Shown here: positions 1-7,834 of the stretch, one piece after another
Numbering within the stretch: the stretch's first letter is position 1
Layout: each line of letters opens with the position of its first letter
Source: a virus
DNA: 42,489 bases
Virus record (IMG/VR): IMGVR_UViG_3300005043_000002
Direction: 5' to 3' (one strand)
The notes under the pieces: model-generated
The model's input: the letters and a program-made list of their open reading frames with translations, nothing else
Database searches by the model: none
Told to the model about the DNA's origin: nothing
Translations under genes and position numbers: made by a program

Positions 1-99
1 CTTTTGATTTTGTTTCAATCGGCATACGAAGAAATGAGCGAGCGGGGATATGCCCCGTTACACTTCCAAACTCATGCACAAGCCCGATATCCGCGTTCC
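1..99. repeat. 99-bp terminal overlap, identical to 42391..42489 (closure of a circular or terminally redundant genome; unit length 42390 bp)
   Basis: Read directly: the first 99 nt (cttttgattttgtttcaatcgg...ccgcgttcc) recur exactly as the last 99 nt. An ORF reads in frame across the junction. Confidence 0.95.
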
Positions 100-232
100 C
101 CAATGATCCGCCGCTATCTCGTTGGTTTTGACTTCCAAGAACCCCGACTCTCGTAACCCATTCGTCACCCATCGCCTTGGCCATCTTTGAAAGCCCATCA
201 ATATTAATAGTCATTTTTGTCATTTTGGTCAT
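1..232 (-). CDS. N-terminal part of a wrapped CDS: virion morphogenesis / tail-completion-like protein (161 aa in total, continues at 42137..42390)
   Basis: ATG at 232-230 overlaps the TGA of the upstream gene (ATGA). The frame is continuous with ORF 42137..42469 through the 99-bp overlap. The C-terminal pattern GFGKWPALESSTIARKGSSGILIDTAELRKS recalls the Mu G / HK97 gp10-type families. Confidence 0.6.
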   Translation of the reverse strand, partial: MTKMTKMTINIDGLSKMAKAMGDEWVTRVGVLGSQNQRDSGGSLGNADIGLVHEFGSVTGHIPARSFLRMPIETKSK

Positions 233-798
233 GGGTTAACCGCCCCATGTACAGAAACCACATTCCCAACAGTGCGGGTCATGGCAAACGATAGATATTT
301 CAAACCATAAGGAGTCGTAGCGAAGAACGAAAACACCGGATTATCCAAGTATGTTTGCGGTATTCCGTAACTCTCTGAAATACTGCCGACTGATTTAGAC
401 GAAACAGGAAATTGAACTTGCGCAGATATACCGCCTGCGGACGCTCTAAGGTCGTGGACCAGATAATGAGCGGCAAGATACAAATAAACAAGCGTGATTT
501 CTGCATCTGTGCCAAAAACGGACTGATTGAAATTTACTTGAGTTTCTAAAAACGCGCGCTCAATGTCTGAATCTTGGACGTAATTATCAATACTATCTGT
601 GGCTAATGTCCAGTCGGAGGAGGGGGGTTCTGTAGTAACGCCGTTTACATTGGCATCATAGAATAATTTTTGCGGCTCATAATAAACCCGATCACCTATA
701 TTGTAAGGCTGGTTAGCAACCAACCAAACAGGTAAATAAGGGAAATCCCGTGGAAATTGTGCCTTGAAATCATCAACCGTAATTGTGGTTAAGTCCAT
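229..798 (-). CDS. Head-tail connector/adaptor-like protein (DUF4054-like)
   Basis: 189-aa ORF just after the capsid genes. The N-terminal FKAQFPRDFPY pattern resembles DUF4054 connector proteins. Stop/start overlaps the next gene. Confidence 0.55.
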   Translation of the reverse strand: MDLTTITVDDFKAQFPRDFPYLPVWLVANQPYNIGDRVYYEPQKLFYDANVNGVTTEPPSSDWTLATDSIDNYVQDSDIERAFLETQVNFNQSVFGTDAEITLVYLYLAAHYLVHDLRASAGGISAQVQFPVSSKSVGSISESYGIPQTYLDNPVFSFFATTPYGLKYLSFAMTRTVGNVVSVHGAVNP

Positions 799-816
799 AG
801 TAATTCCCCTTATTTT

Positions 817-1194
817 TTATTTAGTAGTGTTCTTCGTTGGCTCTGGTGTCGGCTCCGTGGCTTTTTCAAGATCAGATTCCAGCCCTGTGATTTTACCCTC
901 AAGGTCTGAAACTTGAGATTTATGATTCTCAGCTTCGCCCTCAAGTTTTTTAACCTTCGCTTTAAGCTTTGCAATTTCAGCGGAGTTATCAACCGAATCC
1001 TCGTCTACAGGAGGAGAAACAATCTCGTTCTTATATTTTTTCTTGAGACTATTCGCCCGTTTCACGTCAACCGATACCGTGCGGCCAGCGGCAAGGACTA
1101 CAGCGGGTGTAGTTACCTTGCCATCAACGTTTACAACAGCGTCTTCCAGCGTGAAATCACGTTTACCTTTATTAAAAATATTGACTTTAGACAT
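817..1194 (-). CDS. Hypothetical virion-module protein with C-terminal coiled coil
   Basis: 125-aa ORF directly downstream of the capsid gene, with heptad-like AKLKAKVKKLEGEAENHKSQVSDLEGKI. Confidence 0.6.
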   Translation of the reverse strand: MSKVNIFNKGKRDFTLEDAVVNVDGKVTTPAVVLAAGRTVSVDVKRANSLKKKYKNEIVSPPVDEDSVDNSAEIAKLKAKVKKLEGEAENHKSQVSDLEGKITGLESDLEKATEPTPEPTKNTTK

Positions 1195-1212
1195 GGTGTT
1201 GTTTTCCTTTTC

Positions 1213-2202
1213 TTAGAAGTCGAAATAAAGCATTTCAAGCGGACGGTACGCTTCAACAGATGCGAACTGGCCGTAACCTACGGATGAATAATTAAATCCA
1301 TTAACAGTATCGTATATTGTTGTTGTGTAGTCCACTGGAATTTCAAACGTAAGACTTGACGGATCATTGGAACGATACATCACGTAACGGTTAACGCCGA
1401 GATTGTTGTTTGCAGCACTAGAATAAACAAGTCCTTCAATCGCGAAAGCAGGTACATAAGTTTGGAACACTTCGTACAAACGTTCTAGACGTGACTTGAG
1501 TGGGAAACCCTCGTCAACCGCAGAGGCAAGACCAAGATAATCCGCCATCGGCATAACAAACGTATCCGCTAATACTGTGCTGTTTGAATTCGCAAAGTAC
1601 ACTGGCAACACCGTGGACAAGAAAGTATTGAATTCTGTCGAACTCATTGAACTAATCGTCTTAGTGATCACTGCCGTATTAATGTTGACGTTTGTTTGTG
1701 TCAAAAGCCCTTTTACAGTTGGATTTGAATCCAAACCAAGAAAAGCGGTTCTTTGAATTCCGAGCTGCCAGTTTTTAAACCGTGACTCTTCCTTCTTTTC
1801 CATCAATGACCAATTGCCTGACTTTGTAGCCTGTGCAAGTTCTGCGATGTTATAGTTTGTAGTTTTACCCCAAACTTTACGCGGAACGATGATGCTACCG
1901 ATTTGTGTGTCGGTGCGTTCCATCTTACCATCATTTGTACCCTCTTCGATGATACCTTTTTCAAAGTCGTCACCAGTAGAGAATGATGTATAAGTCAGTT
2001 GCTCAGTCGCCCACGGGTTTTCACCCACTTCAACAGGCATGAAGTCAGAGGGTGTTACCTCGTAGAACTTCTGATCAGTTACGCGGGCCTTGATTGCAGT
2101 CAATGTAGTGATATTGACGTCAAAACCTGTGTTACTGATTTCCGCCATTAAGCGGCCTTCCACTTTTTCAAGCATGTTTTGTTGATAAATATTCATGATC
2201 AT
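1213..2202 (-). CDS. Major capsid protein (DUF2184 / HK97-fold type)
   Basis: 329-aa ORF in the canonical position after the scaffold/protease-like and decoration-like genes. It co-occurs with a DUF1073-type portal and a DUF2213-type gene, which is typical of this capsid family. Confidence 0.75.
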   Translation of the reverse strand: MIMNIYQQNMLEKVEGRLMAEISNTGFDVNITTLTAIKARVTDQKFYEVTPSDFMPVEVGENPWATEQLTYTSFSTGDDFEKGIIEEGTNDGKMERTDTQIGSIIVPRKVWGKTTNYNIAELAQATKSGNWSLMEKKEESRFKNWQLGIQRTAFLGLDSNPTVKGLLTQTNVNINTAVITKTISSMSSTEFNTFLSTVLPVYFANSNSTVLADTFVMPMADYLGLASAVDEGFPLKSRLERLYEVFQTYVPAFAIEGLVYSSAANNNLGVNRYVMYRSNDPSSLTFEIPVDYTTTIYDTVNGFNYSSVGYGQFASVEAYRPLEMLYFDF

Positions 2203-2209
2203 TAGCTCC

Positions 2210-2650
2210 TTAAACTAAAATTTCGACGCGAATTAAATCACCATCAGCGAGGGCAATATCAAGAGCCTTACCAATAGTAGTACCAGAAGTTTTTGTCACC
2301 ACTTTGTTGCCAGCGATTAGAACCTCAAGCAACGCACCACGAGTAATCGCGGCAGATGCTTCCATAATCATAACGTCACCTCTTCGAGCAATTTTAACTT
2401 GCTTGTTAGCAGCGTATGAATCTGTACGAGTATTGTAGGTTACAAACCCGAAAATTGCGTCCGTTACAGCGGTGATACTAATTACAGGAAGTTGTGCGCC
2501 TGTGGTCGTGGCAAGCAATACAGCTTGTGCAGTGACAAGATCAGCAACTTGCCCATTGTCTACCTGACAATTGAGAGTGTCCCAATTTGGATCAAGTGTT
2601 AATTGACCTTTTTCGGCGGTCATTGCGAATTGATTTAGTCCTTGTGTCAT
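2210..2650 (-). CDS. DUF2190-like head decoration/cement protein
   Basis: 146-aa ORF immediately upstream of the capsid gene. The C-terminal pattern GDVMIMEA...IGKALD...DGDLIRVEI resembles DUF2190 proteins. Confidence 0.5.
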   Translation of the reverse strand: MTQGLNQFAMTAEKGQLTLDPNWDTLNCQVDNGQVADLVTAQAVLLATTTGAQLPVISITAVTDAIFGFVTYNTRTDSYAANKQVKIARRGDVMIMEASAAITRGALLEVLIAGNKVVTKTSGTTIGKALDIALADGDLIRVEILV

Positions 2651-2675
2651 GAGATTTGCTCCTTATTTTCTCAAA

Positions 2676-3722
2676 TTAATATTTTGCTTTGCCTTTTTTC
2701 AAACCGTCCATTTTCATCCAAGGGGTGTTAGATGGGGCCTGATCTTTGATGTGCGCGTTTGATAACTCATCAAAGCGTTTCTTCTCAAGAGAATTATCTT
2801 TCTCTTTGACTTTGACCTTCACTTCGTCTTCGTCTTCGTCTTCATCGTCCGCATTGTCTTTAGTTTTATCTCTGTCCGTATAATCATCGACATCCATATC
2901 ATTTTTAGTCGCGGTAATGCTTTCGTATTCATTAATAAGCTCTTTAATGCTCATTGATTTACCGCCAACATCTACCATCGAATCCATGTTCGCCATTTCT
3001 TTTTCGTCTTCTTTTTCCTTGGCGGCGTTTTGCTTTTCAACAAGGGCGGCCATTTCCATGACATTAACGGCAGTTATTGTGCCGTCGTCATTTTGGATTT
3101 CGACCATTGTATCTTTGTCGATCACCTTTACTTCTTCTTTTTTGTTCTTGAAAAACATAATGTTTAATCCTTTTTTCTGTTTGATAGAGTTTTGTAATTC
3201 ACTAAGATCATTTTTCTTTTCATCGCAGTAAATCTTGTATTCTTCCTGAGTCATGATGCACGCGTTTTCATAACGCGGATTATCGACGATCGCCAAGTGC
3301 GAATATTCGCCGTTTGTAATTTCTCTTGTGTATGGGCAACCGTGATACATGCCACCGTTACCCCATTCGGTAGGGGAATAACAATTTGAAACAGACCAGC
3401 CTTTAGCGATAGCATCGAAGGCCTCTTCACCTGTCACAAGTATTTTAGACCAGCACCACCCATCAAGTTCATTGTAAAATGTCTCAGTTACAAAACCCTG
3501 TCCATCTCTCTCTAAATCGACGAGGTGGCATTCTTTGGTCATGTGTTCAACATATATTGGCATGTTATTGAAACTAGGCATCATTTTTTTAATGGTGTCT
3601 GTGGATACTAAGATCGTTTCATTCTCGTAACCTGCAAGACCAGCTTCCATGTGACGTGCATAAAACGTTTGCGGAAATCTCTTCGCATTCTGTTTTTCGT
3701 CTGTGGCTTCGCTCTGTTTCAT
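2676..3722 (-). CDS. DUF2213-like prohead protease/scaffold protein with acidic C-terminal region
   Basis: 348-aa ORF. The motif SHLAIVDNPRYE resembles the DUF2213 NHLALV..GR signature. The C-terminal half is K/E/D-rich (DEDEDEDEVKVKVKEKD), as in scaffolds. Confidence 0.6.
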   Translation of the reverse strand: MKQSEATDEKQNAKRFPQTFYARHMEAGLAGYENETILVSTDTIKKMMPSFNNMPIYVEHMTKECHLVDLERDGQGFVTETFYNELDGWCWSKILVTGEEAFDAIAKGWSVSNCYSPTEWGNGGMYHGCPYTREITNGEYSHLAIVDNPRYENACIMTQEEYKIYCDEKKNDLSELQNSIKQKKGLNIMFFKNKKEEVKVIDKDTMVEIQNDDGTITAVNVMEMAALVEKQNAAKEKEDEKEMANMDSMVDVGGKSMSIKELINEYESITATKNDMDVDDYTDRDKTKDNADDEDEDEDEVKVKVKEKDNSLEKKRFDELSNAHIKDQAPSNTPWMKMDGLKKGKAKY

Positions 3723-3732
3723 ATTAACTCAT

Positions 3733-3779
3733 AAAAAAACCACAAGAGTATACAGCGTAATGTGTAATGCCTCTCATGG
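3733..3779 (-). terminator. Possible intrinsic terminator/attenuator ahead of the scaffold-capsid genes
   Basis: On the minus strand CCAUGAGAG (3779-3771) pairs with CUCUUGUGG (3748-3740, two G-U pairs) and is followed by U7 (3739-3733). The loop is long (22 nt). Confidence 0.3.
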
Positions 3780-3813
3780 TTCGGTTGTTCCAATACCTTG
3801 AATTTTTATAATA

Positions 3814-3972
3814 CTATTTTTTTGCGTTTAAATCAACAGGGGGTTTTTCACTGCGTTCTGTACAGCATCTTACGACCTTACCATCCTGAAAAGTGAACAT
3901 GACCGAGCCGTGCAGCTTATTTTCTGTTTCACGTTCTAAAACTTCTTTAATCCAGACTATATTTTCTATCAT
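3814..3972 (-). CDS. Small YezD/DUF2292-like protein (52 aa from the coupled ATG)
   Basis: ATG at 3972 overlaps the MuF-like TGA (ATGA). The pattern HGSVMFTFQDGKVVRCCTERSEK resembles the YezD core GS..I.VQDGK..Q.E..EK. Confidence 0.45.
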   Translation of the reverse strand: MIENIVWIKEVLERETENKLHGSVMFTFQDGKVVRCCTERSEKPPVDLNAKK

Positions 3973-4910
3973 TCTATCAACGCTATTGCCACGCACCTAC
4001 AACCGAAATCTTCCGAAGGGTGTGCGCGCATCCCTGTTTTACGGTTTACAATTGGTGGAGTATCCCACGTATGAACCGTTCCATCAAGTATTTCATGGTC
4101 TGGACGCACTCTTTCAGCGTCGGCAGTTGACCAACGATATTTAGTTATCCCCAAGCCATCATAACGAGTTTCACGATATTTGGCCAAGAGTAGGGACGTT
4201 TCCTGTCTTGCCAAAAATCTAGCCTTGCGCGTTGATACGCCGTAATTATCTTGAATGAATTTAATCATGTCCCCAGAACGACGGCCCTCGAATACATTAG
4301 TTTGTACGGCCTCACGCAGTTTTATGATATTCTCAGAAGTCCAATCCTTGATATATTTATCGAGATTCATCCCCCATTCTGAGGCAAGGCGGGCAACCAT
4401 ATCCTGCGTAACATTAGGCGCGATTGCAATGCTCTTCATGGTATGAGCGAAATCCGTTCCCATATCATCAATCACACCGACATAAGTATCTGGAATAGTG
4501 GACAGACCATCAATTCTTTTCACGTCCATCGTGTTGATGGTTTGCAACATTCTTCTTTGCATGCCCTCATATGAAGCCTTGACCTGTACTTGAGCGGCGG
4601 CAAGATTGGGAGGCAACCCGCCTACAAGCGTCCATGTCTTGGATGGTCGGTTATAGACCGCGCCCATTCTCTTAAGCTCTTTACTTATTCTAGCGTTGTA
4701 TGTTCCATGGAATTTATCGCCGTCATACCAGATTTTTCCAGAGGTGAGCGCGTCCGCAATGATACCGCCTGCATTGGTCAATTCTTTAGGCTCAAGATTC
4801 AACGCTTCAATAATAGGGCGATACATAATCTCATAGAACAGTTTATTGATTTCTTTTTCTATATCTAAGAAATACGAATCTTTCAAATACATCGGCGGGA
4901 TTTGTCTCAT
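3969..4910 (-). CDS. Head morphogenesis protein, Mu F / SPP1 gp7 family
   Basis: 313-aa ORF with the C-terminal signature WSTADAERVRPDHEILDGTVH...HPSEDFGCRCV, typical of Phage_Mu_F minor head proteins. Confidence 0.85.
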   Translation of the reverse strand: MRQIPPMYLKDSYFLDIEKEINKLFYEIMYRPIIEALNLEPKELTNAGGIIADALTSGKIWYDGDKFHGTYNARISKELKRMGAVYNRPSKTWTLVGGLPPNLAAAQVQVKASYEGMQRRMLQTINTMDVKRIDGLSTIPDTYVGVIDDMGTDFAHTMKSIAIAPNVTQDMVARLASEWGMNLDKYIKDWTSENIIKLREAVQTNVFEGRRSGDMIKFIQDNYGVSTRKARFLARQETSLLLAKYRETRYDGLGITKYRWSTADAERVRPDHEILDGTVHTWDTPPIVNRKTGMRAHPSEDFGCRCVAIALIE

Positions 4911-6082
4911 TACTGAAAAGTCGCTCTTGGTGGTATGGCTTGCCTGATATTGGCGTCACTTGGATCACTTAAGTCAGACGCCGCACCACGCATTGTCACA
5001 GTTGCGAGCGGTGTTGTACCGGATAAAACAGGCAACACGACGAAAGTTTCGCTTATGATACCGAGTATCGCGCCCGCCTCGGAATTGTAAGACTCTGGGC
5101 CTATCTGTACAGCTATTTGATTGCTGTCGACCACCATAAACACACGGTTGTTTACATATTGGTTTGTTGTCAATGAACCTTGTGGAAGCGCATCGGCAAA
5201 AACAGCCGTACCATCGTCAAACACACCCGCAGGTATTGTTGTTTGGGCAATCAATTTACCCTCTACATTATCCGTAACAGTCCATCCGATAAACATTACA
5301 GGCGCCACAAGTGCCGAACTTGCGATCATGTTGGGGTCTTTATTATCATTCCGCGCATTAACACCATGCAGATAAAAATCACCTTCGGCTTTATCGAGGC
5401 TCAACGTACCGGAGTTGCCAGTTATAACGTTTTGACCTTTAGTTGCACAATTAATCGCACCTTGACAGAACGACATGTCGGCAAGTGACATCAAAGCGTT
5501 GGCAATAGATACAGGTGTGAATCCTGATATACCAGTGATGGTCGTATTGTTTGGGTGGGTTAAAATCGCAACACCAACATGATCCCTTAAGAATGCCCCG
5601 CTTTGCAAAGACGTCGCTTGCGTTAGAACACATGAGCTATCGATATAAATAAACGATGCGCTGTCTGTGGTTATATTGGTGACAGAAACATCATCAAACG
5701 CTCCACAAGACACAACAGAGGTTGTTGCGTCGGTTGGGGTTGTATACGCGTTTGTGAACATATGAGCGCCGGAGGTGATATCAAATAAAGAAGCGTCTCC
5801 ACCGTCTATTGTCGGAATAGACGTATTCTGGGGATCGATCATTCCTGTCGGTAGAACCGAAGTATACGAATTCAAATCCTCTGGGAATACGGCACTGTCG
5901 CTCATATTGATGTCGATTTCTCGAACATCTTGGACGCTTACTTGTCCAGAGATATTATCCGGTAGATCAGTATTAATCTGCGTTTGCATATCTGCGCGAG
6001 TTTTTACCTCTGCGAAAGAACTGATAGAGCATACCAACCCTAATCCCATTATTACCACTGCATATAATATATTCTTTTTCAT
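4910..6082 (-). CDS. 390-aa protein with N-terminal signal-peptide-like segment; function unknown (possible fiber-like or envelope protein)
   Basis: N-terminus MKKNILYAVVIMGLGLVCSISSFA-EV (positive-hydrophobic-AxA-like). It is followed by LPDNISGQVSVQDVREI, a motif common at the N-termini of phage fibers. S/T/N/G-rich. Stop shares one nt with the MuF-like ATG (TAATG). Confidence 0.65.
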   Translation of the reverse strand: MKKNILYAVVIMGLGLVCSISSFAEVKTRADMQTQINTDLPDNISGQVSVQDVREIDINMSDSAVFPEDLNSYTSVLPTGMIDPQNTSIPTIDGGDASLFDITSGAHMFTNAYTTPTDATTSVVSCGAFDDVSVTNITTDSASFIYIDSSCVLTQATSLQSGAFLRDHVGVAILTHPNNTTITGISGFTPVSIANALMSLADMSFCQGAINCATKGQNVITGNSGTLSLDKAEGDFYLHGVNARNDNKDPNMIASSALVAPVMFIGWTVTDNVEGKLIAQTTIPAGVFDDGTAVFADALPQGSLTTNQYVNNRVFMVVDSNQIAVQIGPESYNSEAGAILGIISETFVVLPVLSGTTPLATVTMRGAASDLSDPSDANIRQAIPPRATFQ

Positions 6083-6100
6083 AGTCTAAACTCCTTAAAT

Positions 6101-6445
6101 TTATCTAAATCCATCGCCAAACCCAGAACCGAAACCCGATCCAAGTGTCAATTCGTTGGCTTCAATACCGCTCAAAATTACGCTTGTTACTGTTGCGTTT
6201 TCCTCAATATACAGGAAATTATGGACATAATTGAAAAAACCAGACCCCACAAAACCCGCGCCGCCTTCTATTATATTCATTCCTGTAGGTGCAGGCAAGG
6301 GGTCAGATTGAGACATGTATATATTCACATCTCCGCCTATAACCTCAATCGACGGTTTGAGCTGTTCAACACCAAGACCAGTGACCCGCACTTCGTACAG
6401 TGTGTTGACTTGTATTTCAACTTGATACCGGATGCGTAATGTCAT
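6101..6445 (-). CDS. Hypothetical 114-aa protein, paralog of 7500..7814, with GSGFGSGFGDGF tail
   Basis: By eye about 55-60 percent identical to 7500..7814 over about 65 aa (GVEQ..PSIE.IGG.V.IY.SQ..P..APTGMNII.GGA.FVGS). Confidence 0.7.
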   Translation of the reverse strand: MTLRIRYQVEIQVNTLYEVRVTGLGVEQLKPSIEVIGGDVNIYMSQSDPLPAPTGMNIIEGGAGFVGSGFFNYVHNFLYIEENATVTSVILSGIEANELTLGSGFGSGFGDGFR

Positions 6446-6447
6446 TT

Positions 6448-6756
6448 TTATACATAAGTCCTTGCTACATCTATCGCGTCAAGTCGTGCTATCTCAGCAG
6501 CAGTTAATTCTGGCAAGAGGTCGGACACGTGCCAGTTTGTAACATGCCAGAAATCATCTTCCAGAAATGGCGCATTCCACATTTTTAGAGTGGCTTTTTT
6601 TGGTTCATCTTTGCCTGTAAGTCTGTTTTTTCCAATGATACCACCGTCTTTGGCAATAGAATAACCCGCAGCAATTGCACGCTCTTTGAAAATTTCGAAC
6701 AGTACAACAGCAATACGAACCGCCTTATCTTTGCTTGAGCATTTTATTTTTTCCAT
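6448..6756 (-). CDS. Hypothetical 102-aa protein
   Basis: ORF tightly packed between neighbours (stop at 6448, next start at 6445). No recognisable motif. Confidence 0.6.
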   Translation of the reverse strand: MEKIKCSSKDKAVRIAVVLFEIFKERAIAAGYSIAKDGGIIGKNRLTGKDEPKKATLKMWNAPFLEDDFWHVTNWHVSDLLPELTAAEIARLDAIDVARTYV

Positions 6757-7500
6757 TTACACACCATATCTTCCATAATAACCGTTAACATCACTAATGA
6801 CAGTCGGTGTCTTAATATCTGAGTAAACCACCAATTCGCCCATTCTGTCATGGAACGGTCTACTACCGCCAGCACTTGATGAGCCGAATGTAGTTATTCC
6901 GGCTGTATAATTAGCGTCAACTGCGTTCGATGTATCAGATACGCCGTTTATAAATATTTCACTGCCAACGGTTCCACTTGTTACAGTTATGACATAACTT
7001 GTACCTGTGCTTAAATTGACCGATCCATTTAATTTCACAGATTGGTTTGAATTGACAACTTGAACAATATTTGAAGGTGTGTCATTTATTCTTATCAGAA
7101 GCGACCCCGTTAACCCTCCGACTATCGCACTTTCATTTGAACTGAAATCATCGCTATTGATAACATTAAATACTGTGTAGTTAAGACTCACAAGCGCAGG
7201 TATCTCAAGAACATCAGTGTCGTATACCAATACGTCAATCGGCCCAATTTGCGCACCAGTTAGGACAGGTCTTAAACCTACAACAACTTGAGATGCGTCA
7301 TTGCCCGAACCTGATTTATCCGCAATATTTGATACAACACCAAGAACCTCTGTCACGGTTGCGGGATCTGATTGGTCTATCCAACAAATCAAATTTGGGT
7401 AGTCAGTCGGCAGTACAACAGGTGCAGCCGCGCCACTACCTAGAAGCGCACCCAAGGATAACCCTAAAATTCCACCTAATACAGCGCCGAGTTTTGCCAT
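6757..7500 (-). CDS. 247-aa protein with N-terminal Gly-zipper hydrophobic segment and a possible LamG/concanavalin-like C-terminal domain
   Basis: N-terminus MAKLGAVLGGILGLSLGALLGSGAAAP. The C-terminal FHDRMGELVVYSDIKTPTVISDV resembles the LamG end motif (F.G.I.E..VY...L). The ATG shares one nt with the upstream stop. Confidence 0.6.
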   Translation of the reverse strand: MAKLGAVLGGILGLSLGALLGSGAAAPVVLPTDYPNLICWIDQSDPATVTEVLGVVSNIADKSGSGNDASQVVVGLRPVLTGAQIGPIDVLVYDTDVLEIPALVSLNYTVFNVINSDDFSSNESAIVGGLTGSLLIRINDTPSNIVQVVNSNQSVKLNGSVNLSTGTSYVITVTSGTVGSEIFINGVSDTSNAVDANYTAGITTFGSSSAGGSRPFHDRMGELVVYSDIKTPTVISDVNGYYGRYGV

Positions 7501-7814
7501 TACACGACCTCAACAGGATCAAGACCAGCGACAATAATACTTGTGGTCGTTCCGCCAGCTTGCGTGACCCATAGATAGTTATGAATATACTCAAATTTAG
7601 CCGACCCAACAAACGCCGCGCCTCCGTCAATTATATTCATTCCAGTAGGGGCGGAGACGGGCGTATCTTGTGACACATATATGTCAACCGTTCCGCCGAT
7701 CGTTTCAATGGATGGTGCGATTTGCTCCACTCCTGCGGGCATAGACCTGACAACATATAGCGTATCAAGTGCAAGCACCTTTTGGTATCGTTGTCTGTCG
7801 ACTGGTATTGTCAT
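7500..7814 (-). CDS. Hypothetical 104-aa protein, paralog of 6101..6445
   Basis: See 6101..6445. DNA-level similarity is also visible (7615-7655 versus 6250-6300). Confidence 0.7.
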   Translation of the reverse strand: MTIPVDRQRYQKVLALDTLYVVRSMPAGVEQIAPSIETIGGTVDIYVSQDTPVSAPTGMNIIDGGAAFVGSAKFEYIHNYLWVTQAGGTTTSIIVAGLDPVEVV

Positions 7815-7834
7815 GATATATTCTCCTCATGGAT

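Noticed and set aside
300-515. Many tracked ORFs lie antisense or out of frame inside long confident CDSs, for example 300..515, 913..1287, 2917..3231, 5121..5633, 8032..8682, 20917..22824, 26544..26958, 27888..28223, 28108..28635, 33045..33849, 35177..35788, 37190..37885 and 40067..40942.
   Set aside because: They are shadow ORFs. They have no RBS or coupling and low-complexity or odd composition, and each is fully embedded in a gene with clear family features or operon coupling on the other frame or strand.
2821-2850. Short tandem gtcttc/gtcttcatc repeats, and similarly the ggtttc/ggttct repeats at 6108-6140.
   Set aside because: These are codon-level repeats encoding the DEDEDED and GSGFGSGF low-complexity tails of real proteins. 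They are not independent DNA elements.
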